Assembly (NCBI GenBank): GCA_001805965.1
Contig: MHHG01000073.1
Span: forward strand, 18,080-82,079
DNA length: 64,000 nt
Reading direction: 5' to 3'
From: Omnitrophica WOR_2 bacterium RIFOXYA2_FULL_38_17
GTDB lineage: Bacteria; Omnitrophota; Gorgyraeia; Zapsychrales; Zapsychraceae
Under the pieces are notes generated by a model, which ran no database searches, was not told where the DNA came from, and worked only from the letters and a program-made list of their open reading frames with translations. This document shows positions 49,135 to 60,706 of this stretch, in pieces (position 1 is the stretch's first letter; each line of letters begins with the position of its first letter). The translations under genes were made by a program, and so were the position numbers.

Positions 49135-49278
49135 ATAGGGGTCAAGTCTCGACTTGACTACACCTTTATTATTTTCGTAAAATAAAAGTACACATGAGCG
49201 CAAACAACAAAACACTTCATTGCGAGGAATAAAAAAAGCATCTTGCATAGGGAAGCAAGTCGAGACTTGCCCCCTATT
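49135..49278. repeat. Inverted doublet of REP-like palindromes (copies 2 and 3)
   Basis: ataggggtcaagtctcgacttgac at 49135 (+) and the reverse-complement copy gcaagtcgagacttgccccctat ending near 49277. Confidence 0.75.
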
Positions 49279-49280
49279 CT

Positions 49281-49583
49281 TTATTCTTGTGTATTTGCAA
49301 TAGTTTTGACAGTCTTATCTGCAAGGTTCTGGGCATTTCTTTTTGCCATAACAGAAACTTCTTTTTTAGCTGAAAGCACAGCCAATGTTAAAGAAGTAAC
49401 CAGAAAGACCCCTGCCAGAACTGTTGTAGCCTTGATCATGAACTCATTTGTTTGCGCGCCAAACATCGATTCGGCAGATGCAAAACCTTCAGTTAACCCC
49501 CCGCCTCTTCCTGACTGCATCAAAATAACTGCGATGATCAAAACACATGTAATAACATGTACAAAAAACATTAATCCTTCCAT
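49281..49583 (-). CDS. secG: Preprotein translocase subunit SecG
   Basis: ILMQSGRGGGL...FG motif with two TM helices; follows tpiA. Confidence 0.92.
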   Translation of the reverse strand: MEGLMFFVHVITCVLIIAVILMQSGRGGGLTEGFASAESMFGAQTNEFMIKATTVLAGVFLVTSLTLAVLSAKKEVSVMAKRNAQNLADKTVKTIANTQE

Positions 49584-49621
49584 AATACGATTCCTTATCC
49601 TTTATTCAAACACTTAAGTGA

Positions 49622-50377
49622 TTATAAGGCACCCTTAACCAGAGCAATAAACGAATCCGGCTTCAAACTTGCTCCGCCGACAAGCGCACCATCAATATCT
49701 TCTTGAGACATTAATTCTTTTATATTATCAGGCTTAACACTTCCTCCATACTGAATTCTCAAAGCAGCAGCGATTTCATCATTCCCGATCTCAGCGATAA
49801 TTCCACGGATGAATTTATGGACTTCTTGTGCCTGTTGTGGAGTTGCTGTCTTCCCGGTCCCAATAGCCCAAACCGGTTCATAAGCAATAATAAATTTTGA
49901 TAGTTCGTCAGGTGTAAATCCTGCCAATGATTGAGTTACTTGTGTTTTAACAACATCGAATGTCTTTCCTGTTTCTCTTTCCTCTAATACCTCGCCGACA
50001 CAAACAATAGGCAATAGGCCCGATGCTAATGCTGCTTTGATCTTTTTGTTGACTGTCTGGTTTGTTTCACCAAAAAATTGCCTTCGTTCAGAATGGCCAA
50101 TAATTACATATTTACAACCGGCATCTTTGATCAATGGCGCAGAAACTTCACCTGTAAAAGCGCCTGAATCTTCCCAATACAGGTTTTGTGCACCCATATC
50201 GATATTTGATTCCAATATAACATCATTGATCGCAGAAAGTGATGTAAACACAGGACAAACCACTATATCAACCTCATCAACATCGCTAAGTTCCCTTTTT
50301 AACAATGTTACAAGTTCAATAGACGCATCTATCGTTTTATTTAACTTCCAATTCCCGGCAATAATTGGTTTTCTCAT
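49622..50377 (-). CDS. tpiA: Triosephosphate isomerase
   Basis: AGNWK, GAFTGE, GHSERR, AYEPVWAIGTG and YGGSV. Confidence 0.98.
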   Translation of the reverse strand: MRKPIIAGNWKLNKTIDASIELVTLLKRELSDVDEVDIVVCPVFTSLSAINDVILESNIDMGAQNLYWEDSGAFTGEVSAPLIKDAGCKYVIIGHSERRQFFGETNQTVNKKIKAALASGLLPIVCVGEVLEERETGKTFDVVKTQVTQSLAGFTPDELSKFIIAYEPVWAIGTGKTATPQQAQEVHKFIRGIIAEIGNDEIAAALRIQYGGSVKPDNIKELMSQEDIDGALVGGASLKPDSFIALVKGAL

Positions 50378-50402
50378 TATTATACTCTTCTCCTTTACTA
50401 AT

Positions 50403-51584
50403 TTATTTGTCTGTAAGCGCCGCTATTCCAGGCAAGACCTTACCTTCTAAATATTCTAATGATGCCCCGCCACCTGTTGAGATGTGAGTCATCTTATCGT
50501 CAACGCCAAATTTGCTTACTGCAGCTGCAGAATCACCGCCGCCAACGATCGTTGTAACACCTTTAAGCGTTGCAAGATATTCAGCGATTTCTTTTGTTCC
50601 TTTAGCGTATTCATCAATTTCAAAAACACCAACTGGCCCATTCCATACAACTGTCTTGGCTCTTGCAAGCACTGCCTTGAACTTCGCTATTGTTGCCGGA
50701 CCTATATCCAATCCTTCCCATCCATCTTCGATATCTGTCACTAACTTCAGGCTATCTTTGTTATCAAAATTATCAACAACCATAAAATCAGATGATAAAA
50801 CGATATTAACGCCAACTTTTTTTGCTTTAGCCAGAAGGTCTTTTGCAATACCGATCTTATCCGCTTCAAGAAGTGAGTTACCGACATTCTTTCCTTGTGC
50901 CTTGAGAAACGTATAAGCCATTCCACCGCCAATAAGAATTGAATCAGCTTTCTTCAGAAGGTTCTCTATCAACAGGATCTTATCCGAAACCTTTGCCCCG
51001 CCTAATATAACCACAAATGGCTTGTCAGGATTTTCAACGGCCTTACCTAAATAACTTACTTCTTTTTCTAAAAGAAAACCGGCAGCTGACTTTAAGTATT
51101 TTGTAATGCCTTCTGTTGAAGCATGTGCACGGTGCGCTGTTCCGAATGCATCATTTACATATACATCAGCTAATGAGGCTAATTGCTTGGCAAATGCAGG
51201 ATCATTTTTTGTTTCTTCTTTATGAAAGCGCAGATTCTCAAGAACTATAACTCTCGCTGAACTCTTGGCAATAGCAGCTTTTACATCATCACCAATACAA
51301 TCTTTAAGCATCAAAACATCTTCACCTAACAATTCTTTAAGCCTTTTTGCAACAGGGGTAAGCCTCATGTTTTCAACAACCTTGCCTTCTGGGCGTCCAA
51401 AATGGCTCATTAGGATCATTTTTGCCGCCCCCTGCGCTAAAACATATTTCAATGTCGGAAGCGCTCCCTGGATTCTCATATCATCAGTAATGTTCAGATC
51501 ATCATCCAGCGGAACATTAAAATCACAGCGAATTATTACTTTTTTCCCTTTTAATTCCAAATCTTTTACATTTAGTTTAGCCAT
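50403..51584 (-). CDS. pgk: Phosphoglycerate kinase
   Basis: [32 protein letters not shown] and [11 protein letters not shown]. Confidence 0.98.
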   Translation of the reverse strand: MAKLNVKDLELKGKKVIIRCDFNVPLDDDLNITDDMRIQGALPTLKYVLAQGAAKMILMSHFGRPEGKVVENMRLTPVAKRLKELLGEDVLMLKDCIGDDVKAAIAKSSARVIVLENLRFHKEETKNDPAFAKQLASLADVYVNDAFGTAHRAHASTEGITKYLKSAAGFLLEKEVSYLGKAVENPDKPFVVILGGAKVSDKILLIENLLKKADSILIGGGMAYTFLKAQGKNVGNSLLEADKIGIAKDLLAKAKKVGVNIVLSSDFMVVDNFDNKDSLKLVTDIEDGWEGLDIGPATIAKFKAVLARAKTVVWNGPVGVFEIDEYAKGTKEIAEYLATLKGVTTIVGGGDSAAAVSKFGVDDKMTHISTGGGASLEYLEGKVLPGIAALTDK

Positions 51585-51638
51585 TTCTCCCCCATATATT
51601 AAATACTATTAATAATATACTTTTTTCAGATGGGATGT

Positions 51639-51666
51639 ATTATATCTAATAATCTTGATTTGTCAA
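51639..51666 (-). promoter_or_regulatory. Sigma70 promoter for pgk-tpiA-secG
   Basis: Minus strand TTGACA (51661-66), N16, TATAAT (51639-44). Confidence 0.65.
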
Positions 51667-51737
51667 ATAGGTAAATAAATAGCTAATAAAATGATGGCAG
51701 GCATCACATATTTGTTGTTTTGATCTTAACGTATAGG

Positions 51738-54700
51738 CTAATTTAAGCTAACTTCAAGAACCTCTTTAGATCCGGTATTTTTTCCAAACAAGATCGGCAG
51801 GATCGTTACTGGAGTGATATTGATTATTACAGGTGTGAATCCGCGTATATCGAGGTTTTCAATATCCTGAAATTCAATTGGAAACGGGATATTATGATCA
51901 TCCCGCTTTATCTTAAAATTAATATTCAAAGGATTCAAATCGATACCACCAACATTCTGTTCCCTTGTGGCTAAATTTTCATCATCGGTCTGATCTATCC
52001 TGTTTAAACCGAGAATAGCAGCATCTGCATATGTAAATTCAGCATTAAGCTGTAATATTTCTTGAGGATTAAGGTCTTCTTTCGCAAGCTGGTAAATAAC
52101 CTTATGGTTCTTTACTCCTTCTTTCCACCCGACATCTTCATTCATAGCATTTTCAACGATTTGTTTCCAAAGCCCTGAATTTTCATTATAAACCCTGTTA
52201 GCCCGCATTATTGTATTGAAAAATTCCTGCGCATTATGATCACGTCGATAATTATCTTCCCATGGATTTGCAAATGTCCTATCTGCCCCGTAAAATCCAA
52301 AACCTGTCTGCTGTGGTGACCCTTCGCCAATTACACTGTCTATCAATCCACCTGTCCATCTTACTATCGGGATAGCCCCGTATAACAAAGCTTTTAATTG
52401 CCCAAGACCAGACGGCTCAAAATCAGAAGGCATCAAAAGAGCATCAATACCAGAAAGAAGCATTCTTTCTATATCCACGTCAAAAGGAGAATAAACAACA
52501 TTTATGTCAATTGATACATCATCTGAAGTCTCTTGCGCCAATCTTTTGATCTCATCAACTATCCATTTCTCATTATCTTCTCCATCCCCTAAAACCACCA
52601 GGTCAATCGGAAGCTTGGTTTCTTTTGCCTTTTGAATCACCTGCGGCAGAATATCCATTTGTTTCTGCTTTACCAGGCGGGCATTCGTACCTAAAAGCAT
52701 TCTTTGAGAACCGACCTCTAAATTTCCATAATAAGATCCATCATTCTTCTTATTTGAAAAATATTCCTGAATAGATCTTTTATTTTGCGATCGCGCTTCT
52801 AACACACTGTCAATTCCATCATTTATCGAATAATTTACATGAATTTTGTTATCCGTTTTTGGATTCCAAAGCTCAACGCTTACGCCATTCATAATTCCTA
52901 AAAAATACTTTCCCGCTGCTTTAAGACGTGTATCTGAAGTAAAACCAAAAGGCGTATTAATAACCTGCTGTGCATATGTAGGGCTCACGGTAGTTGCATA
53001 ATTACCTGGGCCTAAAATGCCGACTGCACCGGCAAGAAGCTGGATCTCCCTTTTGTACTCTTTATTAGGGATATAAAGCAACTCTTCAATTTCCGGAAAT
53101 TCTTGCAAGCCCAATTCTTCAGCCAGATCAGTATTGTAATCTCCAGGATAACCAATATTGTTTATTGCAAATACACTGGCAACATCCTTAAAATCGTCCT
53201 TAAATATGCTTCTCATATAAAGCGAGACCAAGGCTGTATGATGATCATGAGCTTCAACAACATCCAGTTGCTCGTTTAGTCCTAGCTTTTTCAATAGCAT
53301 TAAGCCAGCTTTAGATAAAATAACCGACTCGTAAAACTCATTATCTTTATTCTGATAAAGATCATTGAACAAACTTACATCATCGACATTTAAAGCATAA
53401 ACTTCCACGCCATCAATAATTGTTTTCTGCGCAGTAACAGTGACATTCGCTCTTTTTTTAAACCCAACTATTTCTTCAAAACCCTCAACATCCGTCCAAA
53501 TGTATTTATCATAGTTCAATTGTTTTGATCTTCCCTTAAACCTGGGGACAACAACAACCGGCCTGGTTGATTCATCAGTTGATTTTGCTAACTCAACAAA
53601 TTTTTCATAAACAGCATCACCAAGTCCGGCCCTCTTGGCAACAGCAGAGAACTCCATTGAGATTGCGGCTGCGCGCCCTTCAAAACGAGGAGCAACTCTG
53701 ACAATACCATCTGTTTCCACATATTGTCTTTCACCGCGAGGATCATTAATCCACATCATGCTGCCATCATTTTGCTCAATCGCAAATGTGTAGGCAAATT
53801 CATAAGCAGCATCTGTTTCTATTCTTAATTTAACCTGATATTCATTTTTACCATCTCTATACCCCAGCTTTTCAACAACCCCTTTTTTTGAAACCCATGC
53901 CCCACCCAGATTAGAATGAAGAATTATACTTTCAGAAATATCTTTATCTTCACCTTCAATGCTTATTTTTAACGAAAATTCCTCACCTGAGAGAGCATTT
54001 ATATTCTTGGTAACATTCGGGATATAAATATTACCCAGCATAGAAGTGTCTACTGGATCTTTTTTATCATTTACGGGGCTAAGATCATCATTTAAGATCA
54101 CCTTTGTATTATCAAGATTGGAACTGTTAAGCTCCCCCCTAATGCCAGCAAAATATTCTTCAGGTATCCTCTGACGATCCTTTGTTACTTCAGTAATACG
54201 TTCATAATCATTCCCGTTCCACCCTCCGCTAAAATATTTTCTAGGTATGATCTGCTGAGTTGAAGGGTCATATTCTTCTTTAATATAGTTAAAAACACCA
54301 TTCTTAAAACTTTCAACATACTGGTTGTAAATCTTTTCTTTTATTGTTTTATCTTCGATATCTATTCCATCAACCTTTGCCTTATCGACATAAACTTTAC
54401 CCAACAGACTTTCCTTTAAGGTCTTTTTATACCAAGTCGCAAGGATCAATGAATTTGTAATTTGTCTTAAAAGGGCGAAATGCTTGCCGTGATTTACTTC
54501 TTTTTCTAGCTCCGGGATAATAATTTCCCTGATTATTGATTTAGCATTCTCCTGTTTATCTATCGCTAACAAATCCTCATCTGAAGACAATCGTTCTTTC
54601 TGATTATTTTGCTGTGATAAATAATCTTCCTCTAACATGACCTTCAAATGGCTTTTGACCAAATATGCGACATTACCTTCCTCGTAAACAAGCGCCTCAT

Positions 54701-55277
54701 CCGGAACGATCCATACTTTGTTAAAAGTATCAATGGGAATATCCTCAGTGCCATACTTTTCGTAAGCCAGATCATATATCCTGTCCCAAAAACTACGGCC
54801 TATTTTTTCATCAGGATTCAGCAAGGACGCCGTTATCTGTTTAAGCAGGTAATCCTGAGCAAGAAGGTCGCGGCCCATCTCGGTATAACTGAATTTTTCC
54901 GGAATAATACGATCATTTTCATACGGGGATAAATTAACCCACATCTGATCTTCGGGAATAGTTAAAGATGCAAGAAAATACTTGATCAATTTATTATATT
55001 TTACCTGCTTTTCATCATCATCAAGGACCTCATCACCCTTGCTAATAATAAAATTAAACTCTAACGGGTTACTGGGATTGATCTCAACTGCCTTTATAGA
55101 GGCGGGTTCAAAAAGATCACTCAATCCAACAAGGGTGCCAACACTTGGAAGCCCTAATAAACTTTGAGCTTGATAAAGTGCAACCTGAGCATATGCCGCA
55201 GGTAAAATTTGAACAGATAAAAACGCAAATACTATCAAAACTGATACAAATTTTCTAAAATGTGTTGATATCTTCAT
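51738..55277 (-). CDS. Large exported modular protein: conserved N-terminal domain, GT5 glycogen/starch synthase cargo and conserved C-terminal GGID domain
   Basis: Signal peptide ending AYA|Q; N/C domains paralogous to 34583-37531; middle has GlgA motifs KRAGLGD, HDHHT, TVSPTYA, GIMNG, WNP.TD, RLVKQK and MPSDFEPSGLGQL..L.YG..PIVR.TGGL.D. Confidence 0.85.
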   Translation of the reverse strand: MKISTHFRKFVSVLIVFAFLSVQILPAAYAQVALYQAQSLLGLPSVGTLVGLSDLFEPASIKAVEINPSNPLEFNFIISKGDEVLDDDEKQVKYNKLIKYFLASLTIPEDQMWVNLSPYENDRIIPEKFSYTEMGRDLLAQDYLLKQITASLLNPDEKIGRSFWDRIYDLAYEKYGTEDIPIDTFNKVWIVPDEALVYEEGNVAYLVKSHLKVMLEEDYLSQQNNQKERLSSDEDLLAIDKQENAKSIIREIIIPELEKEVNHGKHFALLRQITNSLILATWYKKTLKESLLGKVYVDKAKVDGIDIEDKTIKEKIYNQYVESFKNGVFNYIKEEYDPSTQQIIPRKYFSGGWNGNDYERITEVTKDRQRIPEEYFAGIRGELNSSNLDNTKVILNDDLSPVNDKKDPVDTSMLGNIYIPNVTKNINALSGEEFSLKISIEGEDKDISESIILHSNLGGAWVSKKGVVEKLGYRDGKNEYQVKLRIETDAAYEFAYTFAIEQNDGSMMWINDPRGERQYVETDGIVRVAPRFEGRAAAISMEFSAVAKRAGLGDAVYEKFVELAKSTDESTRPVVVVPRFKGRSKQLNYDKYIWTDVEGFEEIVGFKKRANVTVTAQKTIIDGVEVYALNVDDVSLFNDLYQNKDNEFYESVILSKAGLMLLKKLGLNEQLDVVEAHDHHTALVSLYMRSIFKDDFKDVASVFAINNIGYPGDYNTDLAEELGLQEFPEIEELLYIPNKEYKREIQLLAGAVGILGPGNYATTVSPTYAQQVINTPFGFTSDTRLKAAGKYFLGIMNGVSVELWNPKTDNKIHVNYSINDGIDSVLEARSQNKRSIQEYFSNKKNDGSYYGNLEVGSQRMLLGTNARLVKQKQMDILPQVIQKAKETKLPIDLVVLGDGEDNEKWIVDEIKRLAQETSDDVSIDINVVYSPFDVDIERMLLSGIDALLMPSDFEPSGLGQLKALLYGAIPIVRWTGGLIDSVIGEGSPQQTGFGFYGADRTFANPWEDNYRRDHNAQEFFNTIMRANRVYNENSGLWKQIVENAMNEDVGWKEGVKNHKVIYQLAKEDLNPQEILQLNAEFTYADAAILGLNRIDQTDDENLATREQNVGGIDLNPLNINFKIKRDDHNIPFPIEFQDIENLDIRGFTPVIINITPVTILPILFGKNTGSKEVLEVSLN

Positions 55278-55356
55278 AATAAAACCATATTTCTACTAAT
55301 AGTTAACATATTTATATGCTGAAGGTATAACACAACTAGGAAGGAAAGACAAATGC

Positions 55357-55392
55357 AGGTAAATAGGTGGCAAATGTGTCACCTATTTACCT
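55357..55392 (-). terminator. 16-bp stem hairpin (terminator or REP-like) after the 55394 gene
   Basis: aggtaaataggtggca-aatg-tgtcacctatttacct. Confidence 0.55.
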
Positions 55393-55393
55393 A

Positions 55394-55813
55394 TTACTTT
55401 TTCACATAGAGTATTAAAAGAACCAGGCAGGCGCCATATGGAGTGATATCCCAGGTAAATCCCCTATAAACCAGCTTTTCACCTAAAACAATTAAAATAA
55501 TAATCCAGGATATACTAAGAATTACTTTTCCGATAAGCTTAAAAACATTGCAAACACTTCCACTACTGCTGCATTCTGACCCTTGTGCTTGAACGGTCTT
55601 ATTTCCCATCTTTAAAAAAGACTGAACAATTGCGACAATAGTCCTTACGAACAAATAAAAAATATAAAGGATCGGGACCAACTGTACCGCTAAGGCAGGA
55701 AGAAAATAAATGCGGCCTATTATTCCGACAAAGAACAGAACAATCGCAACAGAAAGAAAAACAGCAAATATCAATAACTCACGCAATATCCAATTCCTTG
55801 GCATTAGCGACAT
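55394..55813 (-). CDS. Hypothetical membrane protein (about 4 TM)
   Basis: Hydrophobic 139-aa ORF, co-oriented, with an RBS-like AAGGGG upstream. Confidence 0.6.
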   Translation of the reverse strand: MSLMPRNWILRELLIFAVFLSVAIVLFFVGIIGRIYFLPALAVQLVPILYIFYLFVRTIVAIVQSFLKMGNKTVQAQGSECSSSGSVCNVFKLIGKVILSISWIIILIVLGEKLVYRGFTWDITPYGACLVLLILYVKK

Positions 55814-55840
55814 AGCTTTTATCCCCTTAGAACATAAATC

Positions 55841-56065
55841 CTATGATTTATCTTTATTGCATTTACAAAATTTATCAAATTTACAAGGCATAAAGCCGAA
55901 AATAAATATAACAAGGCCAACAATAATAACTGCACCTTGCTTTAATCCGACTCCCATACCGCCACCAATACCTATGTGATCAGCGGTAATACCAAGTAAA
56001 GCGATAACAAAACCAAGCAGTAAACAACATTTACAATTTTTTTTGCTCTCTTTTGCATCTGTCAT
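55841..56065 (-). CDS. Small Cys-rich 2-TM membrane protein
   Basis: AGGAGG RBS before MTDAKESKKNCKCCLL...; TM-GGG-TM hairpin (ADHIGIGGGMGVGLKQ); C-terminal CKFDKFCKC. Confidence 0.65.
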   Translation of the reverse strand: MTDAKESKKNCKCCLLLGFVIALLGITADHIGIGGGMGVGLKQGAVIIVGLVIFIFGFMPCKFDKFCKCNKDKS

Positions 56066-56131
56066 ATTATCCTCCTGGTTAAAAAACAACTTCCATTAAG
56101 TTTTCCTTATTATAACAAAACTAAGGAATTT

Positions 56132-57748
56132 TTAAGAATATAAATCTTTTAGTTGTTCTTTGATATTTGTATTGGATAAGTATTCATCATAAGTCGTGTG
56201 GGCACGATCAATATAACCTTTTGGAGCCAGCTCAATGATCCTCGTTGCTACTGTATCAACAAGAGTGTGATCATGAGACGAGAAAAGGATCGTTCCTTTG
56301 AACTTTTCCAGGCCTTTGTTCAATGCAGTGATCGATTCCAGGTCAAGGTGATTGGTAGGCTCATCTAGAATAAGAATGTTTGGTTGGGCAAGCATCATCC
56401 TGGAAAGCATACATCTGACCCTTTCACCACCCGATAGCACATTAACAGGTTTTAATGACTCTTCTCCGGTAAAAAGCATGCGTCCTAAAAATCCGCGTAT
56501 AAAATTTTCATCATTGCTTTTTGTATACTGGCTAAGCCAATCTACGATACTGTAATCAACATTAAAATACTCGGTGTTATCTTTCGGATAATAGGAAAAT
56601 CTCGTGGATGCCCCCCATTTGAATGACCCGTGATCAGCCTTAATCTTGCCTGCCAAGACTTCAAACAAAGTGGTCTTTGCTTTATCATTAGGGCCTACAA
56701 AAGCTATCTTGTCACCTTTCTCCACATTTATATTTAAATTATCGAACATGACCTGGCCTTCTATCTTTTTAGAAAGATAATCAATATGGAGGATATCGTT
56801 GCCTGCTTCACGCTCCTGCTCAAAGCCAATGTATGGATATTTTCTTGACGAAGGCTTGATATCTTCCATGGTCAATTTTTCAAGTATCTTTTTCCTGCTT
56901 GTCGCCTGCCTTGACTTAGATGCATTCGCGCTGAATCTTGCGATAAATTCTTTAAGCTCATTTTGCTTTTCTTCTATCTTCTTATTAGCCTCAGAACGCT
57001 GTCTTGATGCAAGCTGGCTTGATTCCGACCAAAAGCTGTAATTGCCTGAATATAATTTTATTTTACTATAATCAATATCCGCGATATGAGTACAAACCTT
57101 ATCGAGAAAATGGCGGTCATGAGAGACAACAATTGCAGTATTTTCAAAATTGCACAAAAACTCCTCTAGCCACATACAAGTTTCAACATCAAGATGGTTC
57201 GTAGGCTCATCTAATAAAAGAACGTCCGGATTAGCGAACAATGCCTGAGCCAGCAGGACGCGCACCTTCTGTGAAGCCTCAAGCTTGCTCATTTGAGTAT
57301 CATGAGCTGATTCAGTCAATCCAAGGTCGCTTAGAAGCTTACTTGCTTCTGACTGCGCATTCCAGCCATCCAGCTCTGTGAACTCATGTTCCAACTCTGA
57401 AACACGAATTCCGTCCTCATCATTAAAATCAGGTTTTTCATAAAGTGCATCTTTCTCACTCATGATCTTGTATAGCTTTTCATGCCCCATAATGACTGTT
57501 TGCAGGGCCGTATATTGATCAAAGGCAAATTGATCCTGCTTTAGCACAGAAATACGCTTGCCAGGAGGAACAGAAACACTGCCCGTTGTTGAATCTATTT
57601 CGCCCGAAAGGATCTTCAAGAACGTAGACTTCCCTGAACCATTAGCACCAATTAGCCCATAACAATTGCCTGTCGTAAAAACAATATTTACATTTGAAAA
57701 AAGAACCCTCTTTCCAAATTGCAATGATACATCATTTACCGAAAGCAT
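56132..57748 (-). CDS. ABC-F family ribosome-associated ATPase (YbiT/YkpA-like)
   Basis: Two ABC domains and no TM helices; GANGSGKST, LDEPTNHLD twice, linker FIARFSANASKSRQATSRK; start MLSVND with AGGAG RBS. Confidence 0.92.
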   Translation of the reverse strand: MLSVNDVSLQFGKRVLFSNVNIVFTTGNCYGLIGANGSGKSTFLKILSGEIDSTTGSVSVPPGKRISVLKQDQFAFDQYTALQTVIMGHEKLYKIMSEKDALYEKPDFNDEDGIRVSELEHEFTELDGWNAQSEASKLLSDLGLTESAHDTQMSKLEASQKVRVLLAQALFANPDVLLLDEPTNHLDVETCMWLEEFLCNFENTAIVVSHDRHFLDKVCTHIADIDYSKIKLYSGNYSFWSESSQLASRQRSEANKKIEEKQNELKEFIARFSANASKSRQATSRKKILEKLTMEDIKPSSRKYPYIGFEQEREAGNDILHIDYLSKKIEGQVMFDNLNINVEKGDKIAFVGPNDKAKTTLFEVLAGKIKADHGSFKWGASTRFSYYPKDNTEYFNVDYSIVDWLSQYTKSNDENFIRGFLGRMLFTGEESLKPVNVLSGGERVRCMLSRMMLAQPNILILDEPTNHLDLESITALNKGLEKFKGTILFSSHDHTLVDTVATRIIELAPKGYIDRAHTTYDEYLSNTNIKEQLKDLYS

Positions 57749-57808
57749 AAAACACCAACTCTCCTTATTAGAATTACACAAATAAAAAAATTTATACTAT
57801 TTTCTGCG

Positions 57809-57881
57809 ATAAAATATTTATTGATTTAAGCGAACTTGAGCCCCAAAAGGCTCGTGTGAGCGTAATCAATAAATATTTTAT
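57809..57881. repeat. 73-bp hairpin element upstream of the ABC-F gene
   Basis: Perfect 18-bp inverted repeat ataaaatatttattgatt / aatcaataaatattttat enclosing gagcc-ccaaaa-ggctc. Confidence 0.65.
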
Positions 57882-57929
57882 GTGAATTAGACACAGAGCA
57901 TACACAAGACTAAGCAATTTGTAAAGCAT

Positions 57930-57966
57930 AAAAAAAGGCCAATCCTCAAACACCTGAGGATCAACC
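57930..57966 (-). terminator. Intrinsic terminator after fcl
   Basis: Minus strand GGTTGATCCTCA-GGTGTT-TGAGGATTGGCC-TTTTTTT. Confidence 0.75.
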
Positions 57967-57986
57967 ACTTAAGAAATAGAAGTTCT

Positions 57987-60702
<2,716 letters not shown>

Positions 60703-60706
<4 letters not shown>

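Noticed and set aside
49132-49248. 39-aa N-terminal extension of OppA in the ORF track
   Set aside because: It runs through the palindromic repeat doublet; the signal-peptide-like start is at 49131. Similar over-extended starts were trimmed for pgsA, pheA, yebC, gmd and the ABC-F gene.
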